Assembly (NCBI GenBank): GCA_047495785.1
Contig: JBLDXI010000024.1
Coordinates: forward strand, 3,038,001-3,102,000
Reading direction: 5' to 3'
Length of the DNA: 64,000 nucleotides
DNA from: Lepidodermella squamata
Taxonomy: Eukaryota; Animalia; Gastrotricha
Shown here: positions 50,208-62,808 of the stretch, in pieces
How positions within the stretch are numbered: position 1 is the stretch's first letter
Layout of the letters: every line of letters starts with the position of its first letter
Translations under genes and position numbers: made by a program
Notes under the pieces: generated by a model
The model's input: the letters and a program-made list of their open reading frames with translations, nothing else
The model's database searches: none
What the model was told of the DNA's origin: nothing

Positions 50208-50832
50208 GCTTTTTTGTCGAATAAAATTAATGAGTACACGCTCTTGAATGATTAGCCTAATTGTGCCTTATTTCTCTTTTTATCTATAAATTTGGTCCAT
50301 ATCTTTTAGGAAGTTCATCAATAAGGGTAGCTTTACTTGCACAAGTCTATTTCCTTGAAATCGATCTCGATCGATCGAGCTTGGGGCTAGGTATAGAACC
50401 TGCATAAAACCGTATGCATTATCGACGCGGGAAATAACAATGGCTCAATTGATTACACTGTTGTTGCACTGCAGGATCTTGACCCTTGACCCAGTTTCGC
50501 AATATGTTGGCGGAACCGCATCGGGCGCGGGAATGTAGGACGAGCAGGGGGATGTTTCAGCGTGGTTTGGTCAAACTAATTAGGACTTTCAACCTGGTAC
50601 CTTGTAGAACTGGCTGCATAAATAAGGTTGTGAATCAGCGTTGCTCCGCTCGTCCTTGAAAATTATGGTTGATATAGAAAAATCAAAAGATGGACTTGAG
50701 TAATAGAACGTAATATTTATTGAAAGAATCACTCCGTCGGACGGTACGCCATTAGGTCTATTTTATGGGGCTTTCTGTTTCCTGTTAATTTTTTTGATAG
50801 GCAAGTCAATGCAGGAAAATTGCGCCGTTGGT

Positions 50833-53393
50833 TCACTTGCCAATCTCTGTCTCGCAAATAAAAAAGAACTTTCTATCACACGGGGTATCGTCCCAGAGTC
50901 CAACAGAATACTGCCAAACGCCAGCGCATGTATTGCCACCATCTGGCTGGCTGGGGCCATAGAACAGAGACTTCGCTGGCTCGCCATTTTCCCAAGTTGA
51001 CGATGGGACATTACCGTAATTTCGCAATCCGATATAATAAAATCCCGGACTGATATACATTCCTGTTAAAAAAAATCAAGCTATTTTAAGGACGAGTGTC
51101 AATGATTTACTAACTCCCTGTGTTCATTATGAAACTCTGAACAAATTTCTGCTCGTCGAAGCTAGTAATAGAGACCAAGTGCCATTTGTTTTTCTTGCAG
51201 ATAGCGTTAGCTTCGTCATAAGTTGCTAGAATGCTGTACACCTTGTAACAGCTGCCTTTGAAGTAGTACGGGCACCAGTCTTCGACCTTCATTTGACACA
51301 AGGCGTTTGCAGTACCAGCCAACGGTTCTGTAGTCCAGTCGTAACCATTCGAAGCCGCTGGCGAACTTGTTATAGCTGCGTGTGGATACCAGACGCTGTT
51401 GAAAATCTGTCCGTTGGCCCAGTCGGACTCAGCTATCAAATTGACATTTACATATTAAACAGCGCTGATAATCAGAATAAAATTATCCTTACGACACATT
51501 GGTACGTCACAAGCTTCTGGTTGGCCGTTGTCACTTCGGTAGCACCACACGCTGTTGTTGAAAACGCTTGGGTCTGGATTGCGGCAGTACGAGTGCGCCA
51601 CGTACCAGTCAGGGTAGGCTTGCCACTTCGCCCTGTAAGTATTATTGGCATGGTCCCATGTCCTGCAAGGCACGCCGCTAACCGTTTGCGATACACTTCC
51701 GTAGTATTCGCGACCGTTCGGAGTGAAACGGCAGGTTTCAGGCCATGACATTGAAATAGCTATCAAAGGAATGATTAGCATTAAGAATGGCATGTTAGCA
51801 GTACAGCAGCCTCCTTACGCGTTTCGCAGATAGGCAGCAGTGGTCCAGCTCCGTCGATGAGGGTATAAACTGAATAGCCATTGATGACTTCAACTTTGCC
51901 ACTGTATAATAAAGCATAGTTTTCACCAGTCCCGCCATTAGGCTCCGTGCCGCTGAGATGAACAAACGTTAGATACGAATTAAGGAACATTTAAGAAGCA
52001 GTTACCCTATCGTCCACACCCATCGATCGTAGAAAGCGTCGAGCAGCGTCAAGCTGCCGTCAATGGTAGTCCAGTTACCCTCATGGCCATCATCAATAAA
52101 ATCAACATAACTGTGACTTGTTATTGGAAGTATCGCTAGGAAAGCCGAAATCAAGGCTCGTTTCACCAATCCGGTTGGTGTCACCAATTTCCCACCCATT
52201 TTTCGGCACCTAGTGGCGCCCGAGTAAATATCTGTTGCAGATGTACTCACGGCAAGGCAAACGTCCCTGTATCGCAGACCATAGGGACAAACACCAGGGT
52301 TGTTACTGCCGAATTCATAGAACACGACAGCTGGGTTTCCAGCTGTCTTCGACACATCGATGCACCCTTTGTACTTCACCACACAATTTGATGTCGACGG
52401 CACGTATGTATAGGCTACACAGCCGGGCGTGCTCAGACACGCGTCGTTACACTGCTTTCGTGTCAAGCCCGTTATTCCTTTTATGTCAACACTTGCGCAT
52501 TGTAAGTTCGTAGCTGCTGGTGGGCGATCTGCGTGGACTTTGTCGTACATCCAAATCTCAGATGTCAGATCGGCGGTAGGAATTTCGCAAGATTTAGTCT
52601 TCAAACAGCACATCCGGGTCAATTTCAGGAAGGCAAATGCAACGCATTGGCTGCCGTAACGCCGGTCACATCGATCAGCACACTCCCGGGGACCTGAGGC
52701 TGGTAAGCAAGCCGGATTAGTTATATCGCCATAGGGGCAATCGCCTCGCCGCTTGACGTAGCCACTTATTTCCTCAACCGGTCGGCTCCACAGATTCGAG
52801 TCAAACAATGCGTAACCAGTCCACCATTTCGAAACGGTCCCGTAATTGTTCCCAAGTACCTGCGGCAACAAAAAAATTGTTAATTATTTCGAAGTCTTTT
52901 CCACAGATCACAGTACCGAGTAAACAAAGTTTCGTTGCTGTTGAGTTTCGAAAGTCACGAGAGATGAACCTTGCGTTTCCTCACAGAACTTCCATGCTGC
53001 ATTGCGATCAAACGGAGTGTTCATACCATTGATGTAGTAGCAGATCTGGCTATCTGGATCCATTACCCAATCAGGTGGGCAGAACTGTCGCTTGTGGTAC
53101 ATTTGATGCTTGAATTGGAGATCTGGTTTAAGAGGCGGGAGGGGTGTCGTTACATTCGTTGGATGTTGATACAGCTTGCAAGTATTGTATAAGCTGCTGT
53201 AAGCTACGCTGTCACAGTTTCTCATCTTGCAATAGACGAAGCACTCCCCGGATATCTTTGTCTCTAATTCGAATATAGGACTCAAGGTAGATGGCAACAT
53301 GTTGGCGAAATCTGATCTGCCAACCCAGTCCTCATCTGGCTTCGCAGCAAGACTAGGCAAAGCGATTAAAGCGACGACAAAAAATTCGATCAT
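50833..53393 (-). CDS. Secreted mosaic protein: PAN - CTL - PAN x2 - CTL - kringle - CTL (6 exons)
   Basis: Signal peptide MIEFFVVALIALPSLA; PAN (ECFVYC..CDSVAY..CKLY); kringle (GREYYGSVSQTVSGVPCRTW..HSYCRNPD..VWCY..ACDVPMC); CTLs carrying EPN and QPD motifs; GT-AG introns traced. Confidence 0.85.
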
Positions 53394-54558
53394 TTTTGCA
53401 GAACAGAATGAACTGGTAAAAGCAGCTACCTTCTTTGACACAGCTTTATCATTCATTGGTGTGCCCTAGACAAATAGTCATAACTAAATTTGGCGGTAAA
53501 CTAACCATAGTGATTTCGATTTCTATTGTTGTATAACTTTTTATACCACCCTCCATCAATATTTGATCTTCCGTCGGCTGAATTAGCTTTAACAAAGTAT
53601 TTGTAAGTAAGACTGAAGTTGAGGCTCCGTTTGAGCAAAACTGACGCGCACTTACCATGTTTAATAAGTTATCCTTTTCAATTATTCAACCTGCTCAAGC
53701 CAGCGCCATATTGAGTTGACGCTACCCATGCCGCCTTTAAATTTTAAACAGTCACATCGGAGAGTTAATTCTGGCTGGGTAGTTAATTCTGCCCGGGCGG
53801 TGTAGACGGCCAAAGACTGTAGGGTGGCGCTTATGACTATTTTCTTTATCCTTACTAGTTCTGCTGTCCAAAATCGCTGTTAGGCCTAATAATCTGGAGA
53901 AAATGCTACGTTGCCGAATCGACTATGAGTACGGTGTAGGTAGCAAATGGTCACATCGAATCGAATTCTGTAATAAAAACTCGAATCAACGACTATAGAC
54001 CTAAATCATCTATCTCTCGTGATTTAAGCTCGCAAATTTCCCAAAATGTATGAAAGTAACTCAAAGAGCTGCACAACTCGAAAATAGACTGGTTTTAATT
54101 GATCATTATTGACTCATGAAAATCGTTGGCTTCGTCGCATGCATTATGCAAGAACACCAAGTTACTGCACTAATGTAATATTACCGTAGCGTGTTCGATA
54201 ATGTCGGGGAAACCTTTTTCCGCGAGTAAAGTGTCGCCTTCATGAGTGGAAAGATGCTCGAAATTGTTAGAATATTACAATTTCTCAATTTGAACAAGGT
54301 GTTTTACATAATTTACAGAATGACAAAACTCTGACTCACACTTGAAGATTTTCCGCTATACTATGAGCAATTTCGACAATCAATAAATCTGAGTTCTGAA
54401 GTAAGCTGAACATTTCTGAATCAAAGCTGAAAATGTTTGAGAACTAAGCGGAAACTATAAAAATTTGACGTCACTCCAAGAAAAAAGTTTGTAATTCAGT
54501 ATCCGATATGAATTCCCAGTTTTCATATATTTTATTCTTTAAATTAGTCAAATATTGC

Positions 54559-56198
54559 CTAATGTCTGATTGTGCTACCGATAGAAGCATACGAGGCTCT
54601 TCTCAAAGCCTCTACTGAAGTTGATAGCACCAATGTTGACTCGTCACCATGAAAAGCAGCATAGTTGTATGGATTGCTAGATTTTGTTAACCTCGCATAA
54701 TTAACCACCCCACCTATCGACAATATTGCCACCAAAAACAATCCACCGATCGCTATGGTGAATCCACCCCAAGCAAACCCGACTGTGTCCAGAAGAAAGC
54801 CAGCAATTGGCGTACCGGCGAAAGCACCTAAATACCACATAGCGTTGTAAAGACCTGCGACCATCGCCGAGGTTTCAAGACCGTCCTTGAACCCAGCGGA
54901 TCTCGCTGCCTCGAGAATATTAATCGGAGTCGGGCTGACTATAATTGCCAACCCAGTGCTGACTACGACATAGGAGACTATTGTTAGCCAAACTGAAGGC
55001 TGAATGATGGATTGAAGCCAAGGGATAGGACCGATAAGAATGTAGCCTATCGTCATAACTCCAGCCCCTACTACCATGAGCTGAGATTAAGATGTATTTT
55101 AGTACAAGTAAAGCAACACCATGTTTCGAAAATTACCACGTAGCGTAGTTTTGGGAAATTGTCAGAAATCTTGCTGACTACTAGGGTGACTATAGTGTAG
55201 AGAAGAGCTTCTACGAAGAACACCAATCCGATCTTCACTGTATCAGTCAGACCCAGGTCGGCGAAGTAGAGCGTTATTGTCGGGGTTGGATAGTTAAGAA
55301 TCAATGCCGTCATCGCAAGAGCTACAGTTAGGATCCAAATCTCAGGCGAATATCGGTAGAAGTTAAGCCATTCCAAATATGCAGATTTCTTCTCCTTTTT
55401 GCTGTCTTCCTCAGATTGTTGGAGGCTGTCGGGTGGTAGAGTTAGCCGAAGCATGATTTGCGAGATGAAGCCTAGGACAAGTAACAACGATCCAACAATG
55501 TAAAATGGGAGAGAGAATCCGCCAGCAGCGTAGAGGGCTCCGCCCAAGCTCGGGCCAACCATCCACCCGACTGAGACGGCTGTTTCTAGCGCTGCATAGC
55601 TCGTGGAAATGTTGTTTGGAAACAGAGTTGTAACAATGCTGTATGCAGCAATATTGTACCTTGAAATCAGAAAAAGCATATTAAAAACGATTTAATTGGA
55701 ATTTGTTCCTTACAAGCTCGCCCCAGCCCCTTCGATGAACCGAACAGCGAAACACAGAACGACGTAGGCATCGCCAGGTGGGGACTGGTCCAGCAACCCG
55801 AAGAGAACAGTCGAACCTCCCGCTAGTAATGTACCAGAACCAATCATGAAATGAGGACCAAGTTTACTGACGAGTTGGCCTGATACCAAGCTCCCAGCAA
55901 ACATGACGAAAGTGTAGGTACCAAAAATGAACCCGACCACAGTGGCTGAAACGCCTCGCCTCTCCGCTTCAGTAGGGAAGAATGGCGAGAATAACGAGTT
56001 ATTCATCCCAAAGCCGAGTAGAACTAATGAGATCAGGCCGAGATTTATGAGACGCGACCGTCTCGTTCCGATTTCTGGGGTCTCCTTCTTGTCTCCAGAC
56101 TCATTGTTTGCCTTTTCATTGCTGATTTTTGCAAGGCTTACAGAGGTAGTCACCGTGCCGTAGGTCCTCCAGGAAGCGGAAAATGATGCCTGTGCCAT
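54559..56198 (-). CDS. MFS transporter, SLC18B1-like (3 exons)
   Basis: Exons 56198-55714, 55659-55137, 55080-54559; SPFFPTEAERRGVS, LCFAVRFIEGAG, GPSLGGALYAAGGFSLPF; about 12 TM segments. Confidence 0.85.
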
Positions 56199-57479
56199 TC
56201 AAAAACCACAAATTTGCTCTCTCTCTCTGTTCTATAGAACTTTGAACTTTCATTCTGCCTATATCAACAAATGAAACCTTATCACTTTTGAGACTACAAC
56301 GAGAAATTTTTTGGGTACGAGATAACAGGGATGATTCACCTTGTTATCTTAGTTAAAGCCGAAAATTATGGCCGGGGGGACCCCTGTACTGTCGCAGTTC
56401 GCATCTGTGTGTGCGGCGAAAATAACCTATGCGAGCCTTGCGCTCAGTCCCCGCATGCCTATCGCGCACTCCCACGTTTTTGTCCGGGTTGCTCCTAATG
56501 CCGTAGTAGCCGATACTGTGACACGCCAACTCAGAAACAACTCAGGTTGGATGGTATTATCCCCATTTTCTGAAAGTGCCGATCTCTACCGTAATTCCTC
56601 CGTAGCTTTACCGTAGTTATAAAGTAGTCAACAAATTGTCGTCTAGTATTGTACCTAAGGTTGAAAGAATTAAAAAGGGATGCAGCTGATAAGTTTTGAA
56701 CCCTCAATTCTTAGTCACTAATGTGTATGCTATTTAGTACAGTACGTCGCCCGAGAATGTCACTTCGGATGGCACCGTCCTAGGTACGTGTCCCTCGTTC
56801 GCTTTGTTGCCAACTTTGGCTTTGTCGCGTTTGCCTTAATGGTCAAGATACAACTTCGCAGCAAGGACATGTTGCCAAACAACACATACTCCGTGCCATC
56901 TTGGGAGTCCTATGCCTGCTACTTCAGAGACCCCGCTTTCGTGCGTAATAATGTCGTTCGCCGGGCGTGCCTTTCTTCTCTTGACGCATTCAACTCCGCT
57001 ATGCCGTAACGCCGTAAGGTAAGTGCTGCCGTTGCGTGAGGATATGGAAAAGTTGCTGTGAATCTTGGATCTTGATTGTGGCATGCTTGAAGATTAAAAC
57101 AGGCTCGGTTCAAGCGGTTTACCTGCACTTGCACAAACGATCAAGCCTTACCCAGTAGTGTACAAGTTGAAAGTAGAACTACCAGTATTGCTATCATCAG
57201 TCCCAAAGGTTCTTCCCGGCGCTACTGCGGCAGCTTTGCTGCTGCTGTTGCCAATTGATTATCAATTTATTTTTCGTAAAATCGTATCGACTACCAATGT
57301 CGGCGCAAAATACGGCTGAAAAATCGATCATTCAAGTACAAGGTTAAACAATGGCTTCCAGCTGTTGCTAACAAGTTAATAATTCAACATAACTGCTAGC
57401 GACAAAAGAAAGCTACGTTGCTCTCTGTTAAGAAACACTCTTTGTAAAAACAATATATATACAGGAGTCATTTTTAATC

Positions 57480-60400
57480 ATGACCGAGCCGGATGGCCTA
57501 CCGAAATCCCACTCGATAGACACAAATTATTCGATATGCGTCTGCTACCCGTTCGACGATCGGCAGCAGCATGTTAGAGCTATGATCAAGTTCTTACAAA
57601 CCGTTAGCAGGTTCAAGATTATAGCTGACTCTTCAGATGTTGTGAGTATTGAGTAAACTATTGCCATTCCTAGTAATTAAAGAAAATTTACTAGGCTGCA
57701 GTAGAGAAGAGCGATATTGCCATTTTGTGCTGTAACGAGGTGTTTAAAACCGATCGAGCATGCCGAAAATTCGCGGTTTCTGCATACAAAGCTAAGAAGC
57801 TTCTCGTGCCAGTTCTCCTTGACCCTGATCTAGAGTTTGATTACTGGTTGGGTGCTATCCTAGGCACGCAATCACGAGACGCAATCCCCTTTCCTCCGGA
57901 TGTCAACTTCGACAATTTTATCGACGAACTACTTAATTATATCGCTAAACAAGTCAACCCGCTTTACTTGAAATCGCGAAAAGAGCCAGTCGTCGATGAA
58001 GCGATATTAGAAGAGCCATTTGTTGAGATTCACGTCCCTCCGATTCAAGCATCTGACGACAAGGAGAACCAGTTGATCCGAACTATCGGTATTGAAATGC
58101 TTAAACCGTCTCTTATATTCAGTAATTATATTTCTTGGTTAGATGACGCATCAAATGAAGAAACTGTGGGGAAGAAAGATTCAAGCAAAAACAAGCATGA
58201 GAAGTGCTTGAATACGCCTGTTACATTGCTTGCGATTCTTCCTGAAGTCTCGAAGTTTCAAAAGGAAATCAAAGAAATTCTTCATCATCTCGAAGAGAAT
58301 CGCCTATCTGTTACCAAATCTCGGGAGGATGAAGTATTGAATTCGCGGGTGAGCAACAGTTAAAAACTGCAATTTGCTATATTTAATGGCTTTCCTAATT
58401 TAGGCTTATGAAGTGGCGGATGTTATAATTTTGTTCACCGATAACTATGCCAATTCTAAGTTGGCGAAAGTTGCGGAGCTATCAATGAGAAAATTAGTCC
58501 ATGTTGGCCTTGGGTCAGGAAAATGTGACGTTCTTCTGGATGGAAAACCTCTAACGTCGATTAAACAAGAAATTATCGATATTGTCAGCCAGAGTCTGTA
58601 AGTTTCCTGAATATCCTGAATGTCCAGTTATAAAAATTATTCTACTCAGAATTACAAAATGCAATATTCCCAAGTTGGTTGTAAGCTATCAACGGCGCAT
58701 GTTAGAGGAACAGCTGGTCAAAACTGCTCTCAACAGAATTTGCTGTTCAAATACTGAAAGTGAGCTCGGAGATTTTTCGAAAATCTAACTTCAACTTATT
58801 TTCTCCGCAGCTTTTCTTATGATTACCGGCGATAGCGGGTGCGGCAAGAGCACTTTATTGACCCACTTGTTGAGCGATAAGTCTAATAATCAGCTTTTGG
58901 CACTGGATTGTCATATTCAATACGTTGTATGGCTCAACGTCAGTAAATTTTCCAATTCCCAGCACAATTCAAAAGCCACGCCGAGAAATTCTCTATTTGA
59001 CGAGAAAAGGTTCTTCGACTGTCTTGCTTCAGCTCTCAGCCAGGATTTTGAGCTCACCAATCCGACAAGCCGTTTGAATCTAGTAACACTTTTTGCCTCG
59101 GAAAAGCGCAATCATGGCAGATTGTTGCTCGTTTTGGATGGCTTCACCAAAAACCTTGGGGTGTTGGAGGCTGTGACGAAACTAGGTCCTACCATGAGAT
59201 GCGTTGTTATCAGCAATCGGGAGGACGCTCAACAAAGTATTAGCGGTTTGAAGATAGCGAGCAGTTTCACTCTACTGGAACTGCCACCTATGCAAGAACC
59301 CTTGGTCTTCAAGATGCTGTCGAGTTCTCTTGACTGGAAACTTGGGAAAACCGAAATTCACAACCTGGCAAAGGCTTGTTTTGGCCTTCCTGCGATCGCT
59401 CGACTTATAGATGGCCATTTACAGACTAAATTTCTCGAAAGTTACGATGAAAAAGACAATCGATTCGGCTCTTTTGAAATGAAGATGGCTTACTACTGTG
59501 ATATTTTATGCCAGCAACTTCACACAGACCAGAATCGTGACTCGGCGGTACACCACGAACTTCTCGCCTGGTTGAGCTGAGCTTCAAATCATCTAATAAG
59601 GAGAACAGCGACCTTGATTTCACGGATTTAAAGGCCGCAAGTATTTTCCTGTGCTTCGAGCCTGGGGAGCCTGTCGATTGCCTCGACCTGGCCGTTCTTT
59701 GGCAATGTGAGAAGAAGAGCGCCGAATGCTTATGCGACTCCTATGTTAAGCGAGGTCTTTTGATTCATGCCCACGAATCTAGTGGCGTAGTTGTAAGTTA
59801 CTCGATGAACGAAATTGTTTACAACGCGCTATTCGATTTGGCTTCGAAATCGAAGCGCCTTTTCGCTAACATTGCTGACTTGCTCTACCACTTCGCAACA
59901 CCAGCCATGGCTTTTGAGGCAATCAAACAACGACGAGAGGGTCTGCTGAGAAAAATCGCCTCGGAACTACCGATTCGAGCTTTCGAAGGACTTTGCCGTG
60001 CTACTAGGGTTGACGACTCGAATGATAGCGACAATTTGCTTGAGGCGCTTATCTCAGAGCACTGGCGGGATGGAAATGTAAACGTTTCGGCTTCTTTGGT
60101 TCTTAGCTTCCTGGCATCATTTGAAGCTCACGGCATCGACATTTTCAACATTTTGACCACGACGAATGAGAAAACCGGCCATTGCGCTTTACTACAAATT
60201 CTTGAGTCAAAAGACGCCTCTCCAGAGTTCGAAGTCCTGAAAAAGAAGGTCAACTCGTTGATCACTCAATCTTCACGCCAACTCAAGGTAGAAAAACTGG
60301 CAGAAAATCGACGATGGGTCGCCGAGTCTCGGAATAGAGATAACACACGACTGTTGATCGCTGCGATTCGGGACGAACATCTCCTGGTCCAACATATCAT

Positions 60401-61295
60401 CAACTCGGACAAGCATGGCGTAAACCATGCGGAACGGCATACTGGAATTACACCGCTCATGGCCGCCTGTGCTTGCGGGAATGATCGAGTGGTTGAGCGA
60501 CTTGTCGGAGCAGGGGCGGATGCGAACGCTAGGTCAGCTGAAGGACTGAGGCCGTTGATGTTCGCAGCGATGAATGGCCACCACCATGCTGTTGAAGTCT
60601 TACTATCAATCTCAACTTTCGACAAGGTTAACGTCAACGCGATCGAGCCACGTTTCGGCATGAACGCGCTCATGTTCGCTGCGAGATCTGGTAATTTGAA
60701 GTCTGTTAAGGCAATGAGAAAAGTTCCGTTCATCGAGATTGATGCTAAGACCAATAATGGCTCCAACGCGTTGATGATGGCTGCTCAAAAAGGTCATTTA
60801 GCCATTGTGGAAGAATTAGCCCTGGCTGGTGTTGATCCTAACCTGGCTAATAAGGACGGCGTTACTGCTATGATGTTAGCTGCTGAGAATGGCCATTTAG
60901 AAACGGTGAAATTCCTCAACACCTTCATGCCTGGGGATTTGAATGCTGTAAGATTTGATGGAATGACCGCTTTGTTGCTTGCAGCTGAATCTGGTCACGA
61001 GCCCGTTGTCAGTTATCTAAGGATGAATGGGGCTGCTGTGACGCTATGCGGAGGTCCTTATGCAAGGTCACCCCTGATGCTAGCGGCGATGAATGGGCAT
61101 CGAAGGGTGGTTGAGACTCTGCATATGATGGGTGGCGCTGAAGGAGCAATGCTCAATGCGACAGACACTAGCCCGAGAAAGGCCACACCGTTGATTTTGG
61201 CTGTTGATAATGGCCACGGACCTGTTGTCCAGCTTCTAGTAACATTGGGAGCGGATGTTAGCGTATGTTTTTCATTAGTAATTTGCCTAAATTAG
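57480..61295 (+). CDS. NLR-like STAND protein: TIR-like x2 - NB-ARC - winged helix - 8-9 ankyrin repeats; 3' end may continue past a donor at 61263
   Basis: Exons from 57480-57641, 57695-58348, 58404 onward. TIR_2-like AVEKSDIAILCC..CRK....KKLLVPVLL...YWLGAILG; P-loop GDSGCGKS; VVWLNVS; Walker B LLLVLDG; CFGLP; LAVLW...RGLL; ankyrin TPLMAA/NALMFAA..GH..V repeats. Confidence 0.85.
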
Positions 61296-61315
61296 ATTCC
61301 TCCTCAATGATTTAT

Positions 61316-62053
61316 CAGCGCTTCTCAAACGGTGGTTCGCGACCCCCGCGAAGGTCGCGGGCCAATTTTTGAGGGGTCGCGGACCTTCTCCAAGGGTCAC
61401 GGGGGTCGATTTGAGTTTTTTCTAGAGAGGAAAACATTCTGAATAAACGTGAAATCGCGGGTTCAATCTTAACATTTTCTCTATTTTTCATCGTTATTTT
61501 TTATTTCTTTAACACATGGCAAGCTCTATCAAAGGTTATTTCCAACTCAAGCGGCCAAATAGCGCACCGGTCCGTCTAGAGGTCAAGAATCCAAAGGCGT
61601 TGTGCTTGAGCTAAAAAGTAATAACTCCTGGGCGCGCGCTGATTGGTCAATCGATCGTGGGGGATGGGGGATCTTCCCCCAGCTCGGCTGGGCCAGACAA
61701 CAAAATGAGTATTTATCCCACTGTTTCGTTAATTTTGAGAGGTTTTGGAGCGTTTTTAGTGGAAAATCTTCAAAAGTTTCTCGCTTCGCTCGCTTTTAAG
61801 TTGAAAATTCAGTTGTCAAATTAAGCAAAAAACGGTTTCATTCCTGGCAGCTCCGAGATCCAATATCGTACCCTGAGCCGCATTTCGACTTGCTGTGTCG
61901 CAAGAAAAACTTTGAAGGATGAGCAAATTTACGATGAGTACTTATTACTATTGAGAGGAATGGAGAGTAAATATTCAATAAAATGACCTAGGGGTCGCGG
62001 ACCCAAAGGAATTATTTTGTAAGTCGCCGATTGCTTGAGGTTGAGAAGCCCTG
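61316..62053. mobile_element. hAT-like non-autonomous element
   Basis: TIR CAGCGCTTCTCAA / TTGAGAAGCCCTG, subterminal GGGGTCGCG repeats, flanking direct repeat ATTTAT. Confidence 0.75.
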
Positions 62054-62409
62054 ATTTATCTGAAGAAGATTGAATTTCCCAGAAATATACCGAAAAATCC
62101 CATTGGAAAATTGTCGTTATTTGCAGTTGTTTAACTTTATTCCAGATTGCTTTATTCTGCGCTTAGCGAATTTCACACTTGATATGCTTTCACAGGGCAT
62201 TTCAAATAGCCTCATGCCTTAGAATCAGAATCTATATAAATAGGGGATTTCTGCAATCATTAACCTAAACTATTAAGCAAGAAATCATTACGCTCAACGA
62301 TAGAGAGGTTAGTGGAACACTCCGATGGGTACGAAGGATACGTAGTCAATTTGGAAGGTCTTTGAGGTTGCAGTTTGAGGTTGCTGCTCAACTTCGCGTT
62401 CAGTTACTT

Positions 62410-62808
62410 TTAATCATGAGTTACTTTCAGGTACGCCAATCCGCCTAATTTCTTCGCTATGGCACAAAATATTGGCCCATCATAACTGGAGCAGCCCCAT
62501 GAAGGGGCTGTTACAACTTTTAGGCACGTGCAAAATGCGTTGTCACAATAGGCTCGACCTAGCTGTAGTTGGTAACATCTGTCGTGATTGGCGCAACAAC
62601 GGTTGATATTGGCTAGAATTTTAAATCAGTAATTCACTAAGAGTTCAATAATGCAGCACTTACGTTTAAGCTCTGGGCAATCCCAACTGATAAATTTGGA
62701 TGCTACCCAACGCTGGACACGGTCAGCCCCACAAGAAAACGAAGCGTAACTTCCACCAACAAGGAATATTACACCAATGGCCAAGGGTAAGATGAAAGCC
62801 CTCTTCAT
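62410..62808 (-). CDS. Secreted phospholipase A2-like protein A (2 exons)
   Basis: Exons 62808-62664 and 62612-62410; signal peptide; INRCCANHDRCY catalytic motif, CDNAFCTCL, FCAIAKKLG. Confidence 0.85.

Noticed and set aside
59541-59600. Apparent frameshift/stop (TGA at 59580) between NB-ARC and winged helix, suggesting a pseudogene or programmed frameshift
   Set aside because: A 53-nt phase-0 GT-AG intron (59548-59600) of typical length restores the frame; cDNA is needed to be certain.
60266-60766. 166-aa antisense ORF over the ankyrin repeats (and similar antisense ORFs over the lectin exons)
   Set aside because: Shadow frames of real coding sequence with no independent motifs.
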